Position numbers and translations under genes: made by a program
Notes under the pieces: model-generated
Seen by the model: the letters and a program-made list of their open reading frames with translations, nothing else
Database searches by the model: none
What the model was told of the DNA's origin: nothing
Source of the DNA: Opitutales bacterium
GTDB taxonomy: Bacteria; Verrucomicrobiota; Verrucomicrobiia; Opitutales; Oceanipulchritudinaceae
DNA length: 24,000 nucleotides
NCBI GenBank assembly: GCA_007134215.1
Contig: SLLG01000074.1
Location: 23,258-47,257 of the forward strand
Direction of reading: 5' to 3'
Part shown: positions 16,432-24,000 of the stretch, piece after piece
Numbering within the stretch: position 1 is the first letter of the stretch
How the letters are laid out: each line of letters opens with the position of its first letter

Positions 16432-16460
16432 ATAATATCTAATTACTTACATTAAATCAA
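16432..16460 (-). promoter_or_regulatory. Sigma70-like promoter candidate TTGATT-N17-TATTAT reading toward panE
   Basis: The reverse complement of 16432-16460 reads ttgatt taatgtaagtaattaga tattat, checked base by base. It sits in the AT-rich island about 380 nt upstream of the panE ATG. There is no experimental support, and such matches arise easily in AT-rich DNA. Confidence 0.3.
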
Positions 16461-16467
16461 AATACGT

Positions 16468-16533
16468 GAAAAACTCATTGCTGAGTTAAAATAATTGACG
16501 CAAAAACTCATCTCATTAATAAATTATTTGACA
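16468..16533. repeat. Two tandem degenerate ~33-bp units with conserved ends (AAAAACTCAT ... TTGAC)
   Basis: Aligning 16468-16500 with 16501-16533 at offset 33 gives 21/33 identities by hand. This includes an exact AAAAACTCAT (16469-16478 and 16502-16511) and TTGAC (16495-16499 and 16528-16532). Confidence 0.6.
16469..16486 (-). terminator. Weak intrinsic-terminator-like hairpin downstream of the SSS transporter
   Basis: The minus-strand RNA is ACUCA-GCAA-UGAGU (plus 16473-16486) followed by UUUU (plus a-run 16469-16472), about 110 nt after the transporter stop and just upstream of the candidate promoter. The stem is only 5 bp and AT-rich. Confidence 0.2.
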
Positions 16534-16597
16534 GCAAAACCGCCTGCAATGCGGGCTTAACGCGCCGGTGGAAGGGATTTGCCGCTGCAAGGGCAGT

Positions 16598-18322
16598 CTA
16601 TCCGTGCGAGCTGGATTCCACGCCGCCGTCGCCGCGGCGGAGTTCGAGGAGGAGATGGGCACCGGTGGCGGCGAAGACCGTCGCGACGGCGGCGAACGCG
16701 CCCCACATGCGCAGGACGGCAAGCATGGGAAGCATGAAGGTGCTCACCTGCCAGACGAGAGCGACGGGCAGGCGGAGCAAATCGCCGCGCAGCTCGCGCC
16801 GGTGCGGTTTCTTCCAATCGGCGGGCCAGAAACCAAACGGGCGCACGCGCTTATAGAATTCCTCGAGCACGACGCGGTCGGCGGGCGCGGTGGCGTAGGT
16901 GCCCGCGAGCGAGCCGACGAAGGACACCAGCCCGACAAAAGCGAGCGTCTGCGCCTCGTTGAGGACGAGCCCGCCCAAGCCGAAGCTCACCGCCGTAGAG
17001 GCGGCGAACCCCGCCGCGATGCCCGCCGTGAAACCCGCCCCGTTGAACCGCGCCCAGAACCACCGCAGGGCAAACGGCACAAGAAAGGCGGGAAAGAGCT
17101 GGATGACGATCGTCGTCCACACGCCCAGCACGGAATCCGCGAGGGTCAGGGCGAGGAACAACCCGAGCGCAACGATGAGGACCGAGGCCGCGTAACCCGC
17201 AATAACGAGAGTCCGCTCCGAGGCGCGCGGACGCAGCGGCTGGAAAATGTCTTTCACCACGTAGGAGGCACCCGCGTTGATCGTGCTGTCGAAGGTCGAC
17301 ATGGAGGCGGCGAAAATCGCCGCCACGATCATCCCGCGCACGCCGGCGGGAAAGAATTCCGACTGGAGCACGAGCGGAAGGATTTGCTCGGGATTCTCCC
17401 GCCCCACGCCGAGGTGGATGGCGATAACCGCAAACCCTAGCACCATCGGCCAGCGGAAGGCGAAAAGCGCGCACCAGAGCATGGCCACCTTGCGTGTGGC
17501 GGCGGCGGACGGGGCGGCATAGAAGCGCTGCGCCATGTAGGCGGAGCCCCCGCTGCCGCCGAGTCCCTCGAGCACGCCCTTGCCCACCCAGAAGACGAGA
17601 AACACCCAGAACAGCTCATACGGGGCCAGCCCGCCGTCGGCGAGGCGCGGCAGAGGATCATTGAAAGCCGCCCCAGGCCATGCCGCGACCAGATCCGGGC
17701 TCACGAGCCCGGACGCCGTGACCGCGACATACGCCGCCGCCGCCGCGATGAGGAAGGACTGGAAGACATCCGTCCACACCACACCGTAGAGCCCGCTGAC
17801 AAGCGTGTAGGTCAGCCCGATGAGCGCCATGGCGACGGCGCAGGTGACCGGATCCCACGGCAGGAAGACGGCAAGAAACGTCCCCGCCGCGGCGAGAAAG
17901 AAAACCACCATCGCCACCGTGATGACGAGGTAGGTGAAGGCCGCCGTAACGCGCGCCGCCGTGCCCTGCGCGCCCGGCCCGAAGCGCAGGCGCATCCATT
18001 CCGCCGTCGTCACCACGCCGCTGCGCTGGTGCCACTTGCCCATGAAGGCGAGAAACACCGCAATCGGCAGCACCACCCCGCCGCGCATCTCGATGAAAAA
18101 CCCGTGCAGACCGTAGAGGTAGATCAGCGTGAGGATCGTCATCGTCCCGGCGGCGTCGAGATTGCTCGACATACCAGACGATCCCAGCGCCCACCACGGC
18201 AGTCGCCGCCCGCCCAGAAAGTAGTGGTCGCTCCCCTGCGCCGCCCGCCGCGCCAGCCACGCCGCGATCCCGAACAACCCCGCCAGATAAAGAACAAGGA
18301 TGGCGTAATCCACGAAAACCAT
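16598..18322 (-). CDS. Sodium:solute symporter (SSS) family transporter, 574 aa
   Basis: ATG (plus cat 18320-18322). [26 protein letters not shown] ... [30 protein letters not shown] is the typical SSS N-terminus. About 13-14 hydrophobic helices run throughout. Confidence 0.85.
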   Translation of the reverse strand: MVFVDYAILVLYLAGLFGIAAWLARRAAQGSDHYFLGGRRLPWWALGSSGMSSNLDAAGTMTILTLIYLYGLHGFFIEMRGGVVLPIAVFLAFMGKWHQRSGVVTTAEWMRLRFGPGAQGTAARVTAAFTYLVITVAMVVFFLAAAGTFLAVFLPWDPVTCAVAMALIGLTYTLVSGLYGVVWTDVFQSFLIAAAAAYVAVTASGLVSPDLVAAWPGAAFNDPLPRLADGGLAPYELFWVFLVFWVGKGVLEGLGGSGGSAYMAQRFYAAPSAAATRKVAMLWCALFAFRWPMVLGFAVIAIHLGVGRENPEQILPLVLQSEFFPAGVRGMIVAAIFAASMSTFDSTINAGASYVVKDIFQPLRPRASERTLVIAGYAASVLIVALGLFLALTLADSVLGVWTTIVIQLFPAFLVPFALRWFWARFNGAGFTAGIAAGFAASTAVSFGLGGLVLNEAQTLAFVGLVSFVGSLAGTYATAPADRVVLEEFYKRVRPFGFWPADWKKPHRRELRGDLLRLPVALVWQVSTFMLPMLAVLRMWGAFAAVATVFAATGAHLLLELRRGDGGVESSSHG

Positions 18323-18483
18323 GCCCGCACTCTACCACACCCTCCCGCGCCGGGGGCAAGCCCAGCGGATTTTGTGATTTACGAATCGGGGGGCACGGAA
18401 AGGATTCGGGTTGTCAAGGGCGGGGGTTTGACCGAGTCTCCGCCGCTGTTGCGTATTGTTCCCGAAAATCAAAACAAGCGAAT

Positions 18484-20469
18484 ATGAACAAGGAGATCCT
18501 CTCAGAAGCCGCCACCCAAGCGCGCGGACTGGCCATTGACGCCGTGCACAAGGCGGGCATCGGCCACCTCGGCCTGCCCCTCGGCTGCGCCGAAATCGGC
18601 GCCGTCCTCTACGGCCACGCCCTGCGCGTGTGCCCGAATCATCCGCGCTGGCTCAACCGCGACCGCTTCGTCCTTTCGGCGGGGCACGGCAGCATGTTCG
18701 TCTACGCGTGGCTACACATGGCCGGCTTTGATCTGCCGATGGACGAGATCAAGAACTTCCGCCAGCTCCACTCGGCCACGCCGGGCCACCCGGAGTTCGG
18801 GGAAACCCCGGGCGTCGAGTGTACCAGCGGCCCGCTCGGGCAGGGCGTGGGCAACGCCGTGGGCATGGCCGTCTCGCTGAAGATGGCGGAGGCGCGCTAC
18901 AACACCACGGAGCACACGATTTTCGACAGCCACGTGGTCTGCCTTGCCGGCGACGGCTGTCTGCAGGAGGGCGTCTCGCGCGAAGCGACAGCCTTCGCGG
19001 GCCACTTCGGCCTCGACAACCTCATCCTCGTCTTCGACGACAACAAGGTCACGCTCGACGCGCAGGCCGAGGAAACACAGAGCGAGGACGTGCCCAAGCT
19101 CTACGACGCCCTCGGCTTCGACGTGACGGAAGTCGACGGGCACGACATGGCGGCTTTCCTCAAGGCGCTGGAAGACGCCCGCGCCAACGACAACGGCAAG
19201 CCCAAGCTCATCATCGCCAAGACAGTCGTTGGCAAGGGAATCCCCGAGGTCGAAGGCACATGGAAGGCCCACGGCGAGGGCGGCGCGAAGTTTGCCGAAA
19301 CCGCCCGCAAGGGCCTCGGCCTGCCGGAGGAAACATTCTACGTGAGCGACGAAGTGCGCGCCTACTTCGCCGAGCACCGCAAGTGCCTCGAAGCGGCCCA
19401 CGCCGAGTGGAACCAGACCTTCGAAGCATGGAAGAAGGCCAATCCCGAAAAAGCCGCCGAGCTGGAGACCGCCGCGCAAAGCGGCCGCCCCGCCGCCGAA
19501 GACCTCCTCGCCGCCGTGCCGGAGTTCGACGCCGACGCCAAGGGAGCGACCCGCGCCATGGGCGGCGAAGTGCTCCAGCACCTCGCCGAGGCAGTGCCCA
19601 CGCTCGTCACCGGCAGTGCCGACCTCTTCGGCTCGACCAAGAATTACCTGAAAAAGGGCGGAGACTTTACGCGCGAAGACCGCGCGGGCCGCAACTTCCG
19701 CTTCGGCATCCGCGAGCACGCCATGGGGGCCATCGTCAACGGCATCGGCTACGACGGGCTCTTCATCCCCTCGGGCGCGACATTCCTTACCTTCTCGGAC
19801 TATATGCGGCCGAGCCTCCGCCTCGCCGCCCTCGCCAAGCTGCCCGTCTTCCAAATCTTCACCCACGACTCCGTGGGCGTCGGCGAAGACGGCCCCACCC
19901 ACCAGCCCGTCGAGACAATCAGCGCCCTGCGCACGATCCCCGGCCTCGACGTCATTCGGCCAGCCGACGGCGAGGAAACCGCCGCCGCCTTCGCCGCCGC
20001 CATCTCGCGCACGGACGGCCCCACGGCGCTCATCCTCACCCGCCAGAACGTCCCGAATCTCCCGGAAATCACTGTCGCCGACCGCCGCAGCGGCGTCCTC
20101 AAGGGCGGCTACATCGCGAAAAAGGAGAGCGGCGACCTCGAATACATCCTCCTCGCCACCGGCAGCGAGCTGCAGCTCGCCCTCTCCGCCGCCAAGGAAC
20201 TCGGCGACGGCGCACGCGTTGTCTCCATGCCCTCCTTCGAGCGCTTCGACCGGCAGGACGCCGCCTACCGCGAGACCGTCCTCCCCGAGGCATGCCGCAA
20301 GCGCGTCGCTGTGGAAGCGGGCGTCACCGGCCTGTGGTGCAAATACACCGGCCTCGACGGCGCCATCGTCGGCATCGACCGTTTCGGCCTGAGCGCTCCG
20401 GGCGCGCAGGTCCTCGAACATCTCGGCATCCACGCCAAGGCCGTCGTCGACGCGGCCAAAGCCCTTTGA
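18484..20469 (+). CDS. tkt: Transketolase, 661 aa
   Basis: ATG at 18484. Motifs: [98 protein letters not shown]. Confidence 0.95.
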   Translation: MNKEILSEAATQARGLAIDAVHKAGIGHLGLPLGCAEIGAVLYGHALRVCPNHPRWLNRDRFVLSAGHGSMFVYAWLHMAGFDLPMDEIKNFRQLHSATPGHPEFGETPGVECTSGPLGQGVGNAVGMAVSLKMAEARYNTTEHTIFDSHVVCLAGDGCLQEGVSREATAFAGHFGLDNLILVFDDNKVTLDAQAEETQSEDVPKLYDALGFDVTEVDGHDMAAFLKALEDARANDNGKPKLIIAKTVVGKGIPEVEGTWKAHGEGGAKFAETARKGLGLPEETFYVSDEVRAYFAEHRKCLEAAHAEWNQTFEAWKKANPEKAAELETAAQSGRPAAEDLLAAVPEFDADAKGATRAMGGEVLQHLAEAVPTLVTGSADLFGSTKNYLKKGGDFTREDRAGRNFRFGIREHAMGAIVNGIGYDGLFIPSGATFLTFSDYMRPSLRLAALAKLPVFQIFTHDSVGVGEDGPTHQPVETISALRTIPGLDVIRPADGEETAAAFAAAISRTDGPTALILTRQNVPNLPEITVADRRSGVLKGGYIAKKESGDLEYILLATGSELQLALSAAKELGDGARVVSMPSFERFDRQDAAYRETVLPEACRKRVAVEAGVTGLWCKYTGLDGAIVGIDRFGLSAPGAQVLEHLGIHAKAVVDAAKAL

Positions 20470-20492
20470 ACCCACCGCCCTCCCCTGCCATA

Positions 20493-21023
20493 ATGCACGA
20501 CGCATCCAGCCCCCTGCCGGCGGAGTCTTCCGGAGTCGAACCCGATTCCGGGTCCGCCTCCAAGATCATCGGCAACGCCGAGGCGATGGAAGCCTACCTG
20601 TACGCGCACATCCCCCTCGCCGCCGCGATGGGCGTGCGCGTGCGGGAGGCGGGCATCGGGTCCACCGTCCTCGAAGCCCCCCTCGAGCCCAACCGTAACC
20701 ACCGCGCCACCGCCTTCGGCGGCAGCCTGTCGGCCCTCGCCATCCTCGCCGGGTGGACGGTCGTCAACTGCGTTCTGCGGGCGCGCGATATCGCCGGAAG
20801 CATCGTCATCCAGCGCAGCCGCCAGCACTTCGCCGAGCCGGTCGCAGAGGCCTTCCGCGCCGTCTGCGAGGGGCCCACGCCCGCCGCCATGGCGCGCTTC
20901 ATCGAGGGCGTCGAACGCTACGGCAAGGGCCGCATCCGCCTGCGCGTGGCCATCCACACCGCCGACGACCGGCGCACCGGCACCTTCGAGGGCGATTACG
21001 TGGTCGACGCCACCGGCGCCTGA
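20493..21023 (+). CDS. YiiD_C-like hotdog-fold putative thioesterase, 176 aa
   Basis: This is the last 176 codons of track ORF 18819..21023, from ATG 20493; the upstream part of that ORF is an out-of-frame shadow of tkt. [19 protein letters not shown] ... [29 protein letters not shown] ... [14 protein letters not shown] matches my recollection of the YiiD C-terminal domain family. The start could instead be the internal MEAYLY Met. Confidence 0.7.
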   Translation: MHDASSPLPAESSGVEPDSGSASKIIGNAEAMEAYLYAHIPLAAAMGVRVREAGIGSTVLEAPLEPNRNHRATAFGGSLSALAILAGWTVVNCVLRARDIAGSIVIQRSRQHFAEPVAEAFRAVCEGPTPAAMARFIEGVERYGKGRIRLRVAIHTADDRRTGTFEGDYVVDATGA

Positions 21024-21046
21024 GCGCGAGTCCGCCCAATCTCCGG

Positions 21047-22405
21047 ATGAAACAACGCACCATCCTTCGCGAAGCCAGCACCCACGGCAAAGCCCTGCAC
21101 ACCGGCCAGGAGGTCACCCTCACGCTCAAGCCCGCCCCGGAAAACCACGGCATCGTCTTCCGCCGCGTCGACCTCTACGGAAAGCCCGAAGTCAAGCCCG
21201 CCATCGAACTGGTCAACGAACAGCTCGTGCGCAGCACCGACATCACCGCCGGTCACACCAAGCTCCACACCATCGAGCACGTCCTCAGCGCCCTCGTCGG
21301 CTGCGGGGTCGACAACGTCATCGTCGAGCTGAACGCCTCCGAGCCCCCCATCCTCGACGGCTCCGCGAAGCACTTCGTCAACCTCATCCAGCGCGCCGAG
21401 CCCGTCGAACAGGAGGCCGAGCGCGAGGTCTTCGTCCTGCAAGATCCCATCTCCGTCACCGACGGCAACCGCTCCATCATCGCCCTGCCCTACGACGGTT
21501 TCAAGGTCACCTGCACAAGCGCCGACGACCGCGGCATCCACACGCAGCACCTCTCCCTCGACATCGATCCCGAGACCTACATCGCGGACATCGCCCCCGC
21601 GCGCACGTTCACCGTCTACGAGGATATCGAGCCCCTCCTCAAGATGGGCAAAATCCAGGGTGGCAGCCTCGACTCCGCCATCGTCATCAAGGGCAACCAG
21701 ATTCTCTCCAAGGAACCCCTGCGCTTTGAGGACGAGTTTGTGCGGCACAAGATCCTCGATATTGTCGGCGACCTCGCCCTCCTCGGCACGCGCCTTAAAG
21801 CGCATATCGTCGCCGTGCGCACCGGACACAAACTCAACGCCGACCTCTCCAAGGCCATCTACGCGCGCATGCGCGCCAAACCCGAGCCCAAGGCCCTCGA
21901 GCCCATCCGGCGCGACCGCCGTCCCAAGGGACCGCGCATCATCGGCCCCGACGAAACGGAAGTCATGATCCGGCGCATCCTCGACATGCTGCCGCATGCC
22001 TACCCTTTCGTCATGATCGACCGTGTGACGAAGATCGTCAGCGACACCGAGCTGTTCGCCATCAAAAACGTCACCATCAATGAACCCTTTTTCGTCGGAC
22101 ACTACCCGGGCAACCCCGTCATGCCCGGCGTCCTCCAGATCGAATCCATTGCCCAGGCTGCCGGCATTCTCATGCTCCGCCAAGTCGACGCCGAGGGCAA
22201 GGTCGCCCTCTTCATGAGCGCCGACCGCGTCAAATTCCGCCGTGCCGTCGTTCCCGGCGACCGCCTCGACATCCACGTCAAACTTACCAAAGTCCGCGGC
22301 AAGCGCATCGCCGTGTGCGAGGGCGTGTGTACCGTGGAAGGGCAGCTCGCCTGCTCCGGCGAACTCATGTTCACGATCATGGACATCCCCGAAGAAGGCC
22401 TCTGA
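21047..22405 (+). CDS. lpxC/fabZ: Bifunctional UDP-3-O-acyl-GlcNAc deacetylase / 3-hydroxyacyl-ACP dehydratase (LpxC-FabZ fusion), 452 aa
   Basis: ORF 20753..22405 trimmed to ATG 21047 (MKQRTILRE). LpxC motifs: [67 protein letters not shown]. FabZ motifs: [42 protein letters not shown]. Confidence 0.93.
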   Translation: MKQRTILREASTHGKALHTGQEVTLTLKPAPENHGIVFRRVDLYGKPEVKPAIELVNEQLVRSTDITAGHTKLHTIEHVLSALVGCGVDNVIVELNASEPPILDGSAKHFVNLIQRAEPVEQEAEREVFVLQDPISVTDGNRSIIALPYDGFKVTCTSADDRGIHTQHLSLDIDPETYIADIAPARTFTVYEDIEPLLKMGKIQGGSLDSAIVIKGNQILSKEPLRFEDEFVRHKILDIVGDLALLGTRLKAHIVAVRTGHKLNADLSKAIYARMRAKPEPKALEPIRRDRRPKGPRIIGPDETEVMIRRILDMLPHAYPFVMIDRVTKIVSDTELFAIKNVTINEPFFVGHYPGNPVMPGVLQIESIAQAAGILMLRQVDAEGKVALFMSADRVKFRRAVVPGDRLDIHVKLTKVRGKRIAVCEGVCTVEGQLACSGELMFTIMDIPEEGL

Positions 22406-22410
22406 ACGCC

Positions 22411-23193
22411 ATGGAAGACGCGGCCCGCATTCATCCAACCGCCCATATCGAACCCGGAGCGCGCCTCGGCCCCGGCACGGAGGTCGGTCCCTTCGCCTAC
22501 ATCGGCCCGCGCGTCTCCATCGGCGCGGGATGCCGCATCCACCACCACGCCACCGTCGAGGGCAACACCACCCTCGGCGACAACTGCGAGGTGTTTCCCT
22601 ACGCCTTCATCGGCGGGCGCACGCAGGACAAAAAATGGACCGGCGACGAGGCCCCGGTCCTCATCGGCAACCGCAATATTTTCCGCGAGTTCTGCACCGT
22701 CCACCCCTCCACCTTCGCCGACAGCGCCACCCGCATCGGCGACGACAACCTCTTCTGCGCCTACGCCCACATCGGGCATGAGAGCACCGTCGGCAGCCAC
22801 TGCGTCTTCTCCAACAACGCCACCCTCGGCGGCCATGTCGCGGTGGGTGACTACGCCGTCATCGGCGGGCTCACCGCCGTGCACCAGTTCTGCCGCGTCG
22901 GCGAGAGCGCCATGCTCGCGGGCTGCGCCAAGGTCGTGCAGGACGTCCTCCCCTTCATGACCGCCGACGGCCACCCCGCTGTCCACCGCACCATCAACAA
23001 AGTCGGCATGCAGCGCCGCGGCTTCCCGCCCGAGCGTGTCCAGCTCGCCGCGCGCGTCTTCAAACACCTCTTCCGCTCCGGCCGCAACCACGGCCAGGCT
23101 CTCAAAGACCTCAAATCCGGCGCCCTCGGCCAAGACCCCCTCATCGACACCGTCGTCGCCGCCATCGAAGCCTCCACGCGCGGATTCTCCTGA
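22411..23193 (+). CDS. lpxA: Acyl-ACP--UDP-N-acetylglucosamine O-acyltransferase, 260 aa
   Basis: ORF 22315..23193 trimmed to ATG 22411, 5 nt after the lpxC/fabZ stop. It has left-handed beta-helix hexapeptide repeats (IHPTAHIEPGARLGPGTEVGPFAYIGPRVSIGAGCRI ...) and an LpxA-type C-terminus (NKVGMQRRGFPPERV ... KHLFRSG). Confidence 0.93.
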   Translation: MEDAARIHPTAHIEPGARLGPGTEVGPFAYIGPRVSIGAGCRIHHHATVEGNTTLGDNCEVFPYAFIGGRTQDKKWTGDEAPVLIGNRNIFREFCTVHPSTFADSATRIGDDNLFCAYAHIGHESTVGSHCVFSNNATLGGHVAVGDYAVIGGLTAVHQFCRVGESAMLAGCAKVVQDVLPFMTADGHPAVHRTINKVGMQRRGFPPERVQLAARVFKHLFRSGRNHGQALKDLKSGALGQDPLIDTVVAAIEASTRGFS

Positions 23194-23295
23194 ACACCAG
23201 GCACGGTCTCCTCCTCTGTCCGGACACCGCATCCCCCGCCCCTCGCCGGTCAATCCGTCAGCCCGATCCCTTTCGTCTCCGGCTCAGCAGTGGTG

Positions 23296-23600
23296 AGCTA
23301 CTACCTAATTCACTTAGACGCTTTACTGTTCCGTAATGAAACATCGGGCAAAATTACTTTCTATGAAAAATTACTGCTCAGTGGTAAATAGACAGCAAAG
23401 ATAGCGCAATCTTTATTTGTCTCATAGGATAGGATATACGGTCAAAGGTGGAATTTGTTTTAACTCTGAGAAATAACCTTAACAATGGTAAACAAATATA
23501 TTTAGCGGAAAAATCCAATTTTATCTCTAGGATGCACTGATCTGCCGGGGGCAAAATAGACTATAGGATTGAGCTTTATTTTGAATGAACGTCGAAAAAC
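23296..23600. other. AT-rich non-coding island (27-35% G+C) between lpxA and the DUF748 gene
   Basis: Hand counts are 21/60 G+C for 23401-23460 and 16/60 for 23461-23520. The longest ATG-initiated ORF I found is 22 codons (23336-23404). Repeated short motifs are described in the findings. Confidence 0.9.
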
Positions 23601-23652
23601 CGGCTTTCTCCTTGCGGGAAATGCGTAAGGCCGAAAGCTTACCTATTCGCCT

Positions 23653-24000
23653 ATGTCTGCATCGTCGCGTCCGAAACGGTTTTGGCAGCGCTGGATTTTC
23701 CGGATTCCGGCGGCACTGTTCCTCCTATACCTGTTACTCGGCTTCGTCATCGTGCCGCTGGCGGTGAAAGTGGCGGCTCCGCGGGTTGTCGACACCACCC
23801 TCGCGGGCAGCCTGCGGCTCGGGTGGGTGTGGATGAATCCGCTGACCTTCAGCGTGACCTTGCGGGGGGTGGAACTCAGTGACGCGGGGGGCGCGCCCGT
23901 TCTCGCGGCGGAGCGGCTGCACGCGAACGCCGATCCGGTCGCTTCGCTTTTCACGGGGGAGCTACGCGCGGCGGAGTTATCCGTCCGCGGGCTGGTCCTG
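23653..24000 (+). CDS. DUF748 / AsmA-like membrane-anchored protein, N-terminal 116 aa (3'-truncated by window end)
   Basis: It is absent from the supplied track because it has no stop in the window. My hand translation from ATG 23653 (in-frame stop upstream at 23626-23628) is MSASSRPKRFWQRWIFRIPAALFLLYLLLGFVIVPLAVKVAAPRVVDTTLAGSLRLGWVWMNPLTFSVTLRGVELSDAGGAPVLAAERLHANADPVASLFTGELRAAELSVRGLVL. The layout is a basic N-terminus, one TM helix, then the DUF748-type pattern (NP.TFS.TL.G.EL.D..G.P.L..ERL..N....SL). Confidence 0.65.
   Translation, partial: MSASSRPKRFWQRWIFRIPAALFLLYLLLGFVIVPLAVKVAAPRVVDTTLAGSLRLGWVWMNPLTFSVTLRGVELSDAGGAPVLAAERLHANADPVASLFTGELRAAELSVRGLVL

Larger units (their letters stand above)
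16428..16540. other. AT-rich non-coding island (~25% G+C) in an otherwise ~two-thirds G+C window
   Basis: Hand count is 15 G+C of 60 for 16441-16500. There is no ORF. Both flanking genes are on the minus strand. Confidence 0.9.

Noticed and set aside
16087-16455. 122-aa (+) ORF, and the overlapping 134-aa (+) and 78-aa (-) ORFs, in the panE upstream gap
   Set aside because: Third-position G+C is only about 60% in my hand tally, against clearly higher values in neighbouring genes. The products are Pro/Arg/Ala-rich with no motif, and the 78-aa ORF starts at TTG. I treat the gap as non-coding or a decayed remnant.
16540-16556. Terminator directly after the SSS transporter stop (ccgc-N7-gcgg followed by UUUU on the minus strand)
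   Set aside because: The stem is only 4 bp, and the hairpin at 16469-16486 is marginally better. Neither is convincing without transcript-end data.
5198-17440. Other long shadow ORFs: 5198..6115(-), 6835..7401(-), 7494..8492(+), 7720..8280(-), 12503..13582(+), 13742..14893(+), 15319..16035(+), 16568..17440(+)
   Set aside because: Each is nested antisense or out of frame within a gene with strong family signatures, and each has biased low-complexity composition. None has a recognisable domain.
18819-20492. First ~558 codons of the 734-aa plus-strand ORF 18819..21023
   Set aside because: It is out of frame with and nested in tkt, and the translation is Arg/Pro/Gly/His-rich nonsense. Only the last 176 codons (from ATG 20493, after the tkt stop) read like a real protein (YiiD_C-like).
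18712-20505. 597-aa ORF on the minus strand
   Set aside because: It lies entirely antisense to the strongly supported transketolase gene. Its product is Gly/Ala/Glu/Val/Asp-rich low-complexity with no recognisable motif. This is a typical stop-codon-poor shadow ORF of high-GC DNA.
20996-23253. Minus-strand ORFs 20996..22438 (480 aa) and 22102..23253 (383 aa)
   Set aside because: They are antisense to lpxC/fabZ and lpxA. Their products are Gly/Asp/Ala/Val-rich with no motif, so they are shadow ORFs.
23336-23404. 22-codon ORF (MKHRAKLLSMKNYCSVVNRQQR) in the AT-rich island
   Set aside because: It is too short, has no ribosome-binding context I can recognise and no known family. Such an ORF is expected by chance.
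1-24000. Search for CRISPR arrays, IS elements/inverted terminal repeats, integrases, toxin-antitoxin pairs or defence-type ATPase/nuclease genes
   Set aside because: I saw no spaced direct-repeat array, and no transposase, integrase, nuclease or NTPase signature in any supported ORF. The only accessory-looking content is the Hcp-like locus.

Overview
This is a high-GC bacterial chromosomal window. Hand counts give about 41/60 G+C in a typical coding line. It is almost fully coding. I support 19 protein genes; one is truncated at the right edge and is missing from the supplied ORF track. I recognised no rRNA, tRNA, CRISPR array, transposase or integrase. Most content is housekeeping: a TPR protein plus murJ, a CoA-transferase/GNAT fusion, a LOG-family protein, a rhodanese plus MauE/DoxX pair, a DUF1080 plus Gfo/Idh/MocA pair, asnS, panE, an SSS transporter and tkt. 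A lipid-A block follows (YiiD_C-like hotdog protein, fused lpxC-fabZ, lpxA), then a DUF748/AsmA-like gene. The LpxC-FabZ fusion, the DUF1080/Gfo pair and the secreted-protein tail motifs suggest a PVC-group (Verrucomicrobiota-like) organism; this is inference only. The one accessory-looking locus lies at about 8.4-11.6 kb on the minus strand. It holds two tandem Hcp-fold (T6SS tube protein) genes that both appear to carry Sec signal peptides. One has a roughly 250-aa C-terminal extension. They are followed by a DUF4126 / double zinc-ribbon polytopic membrane protein, and no other T6SS gene is in view. This is my best candidate for something undescribed, but the shorter gene has an alternative leaderless start at 11511 that must be excluded. 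Two sharply AT-rich non-coding islands (about 16428-16540 and 23296-23600, 25-35% G+C by hand count) carry repeated short motifs and are the other unexplained structures. Many long ORFs in the track are GC-driven shadow or out-of-frame ORFs. Several track starts are TTG/GTG over-extensions, which I trimmed to internal ATGs checked in the sequence.
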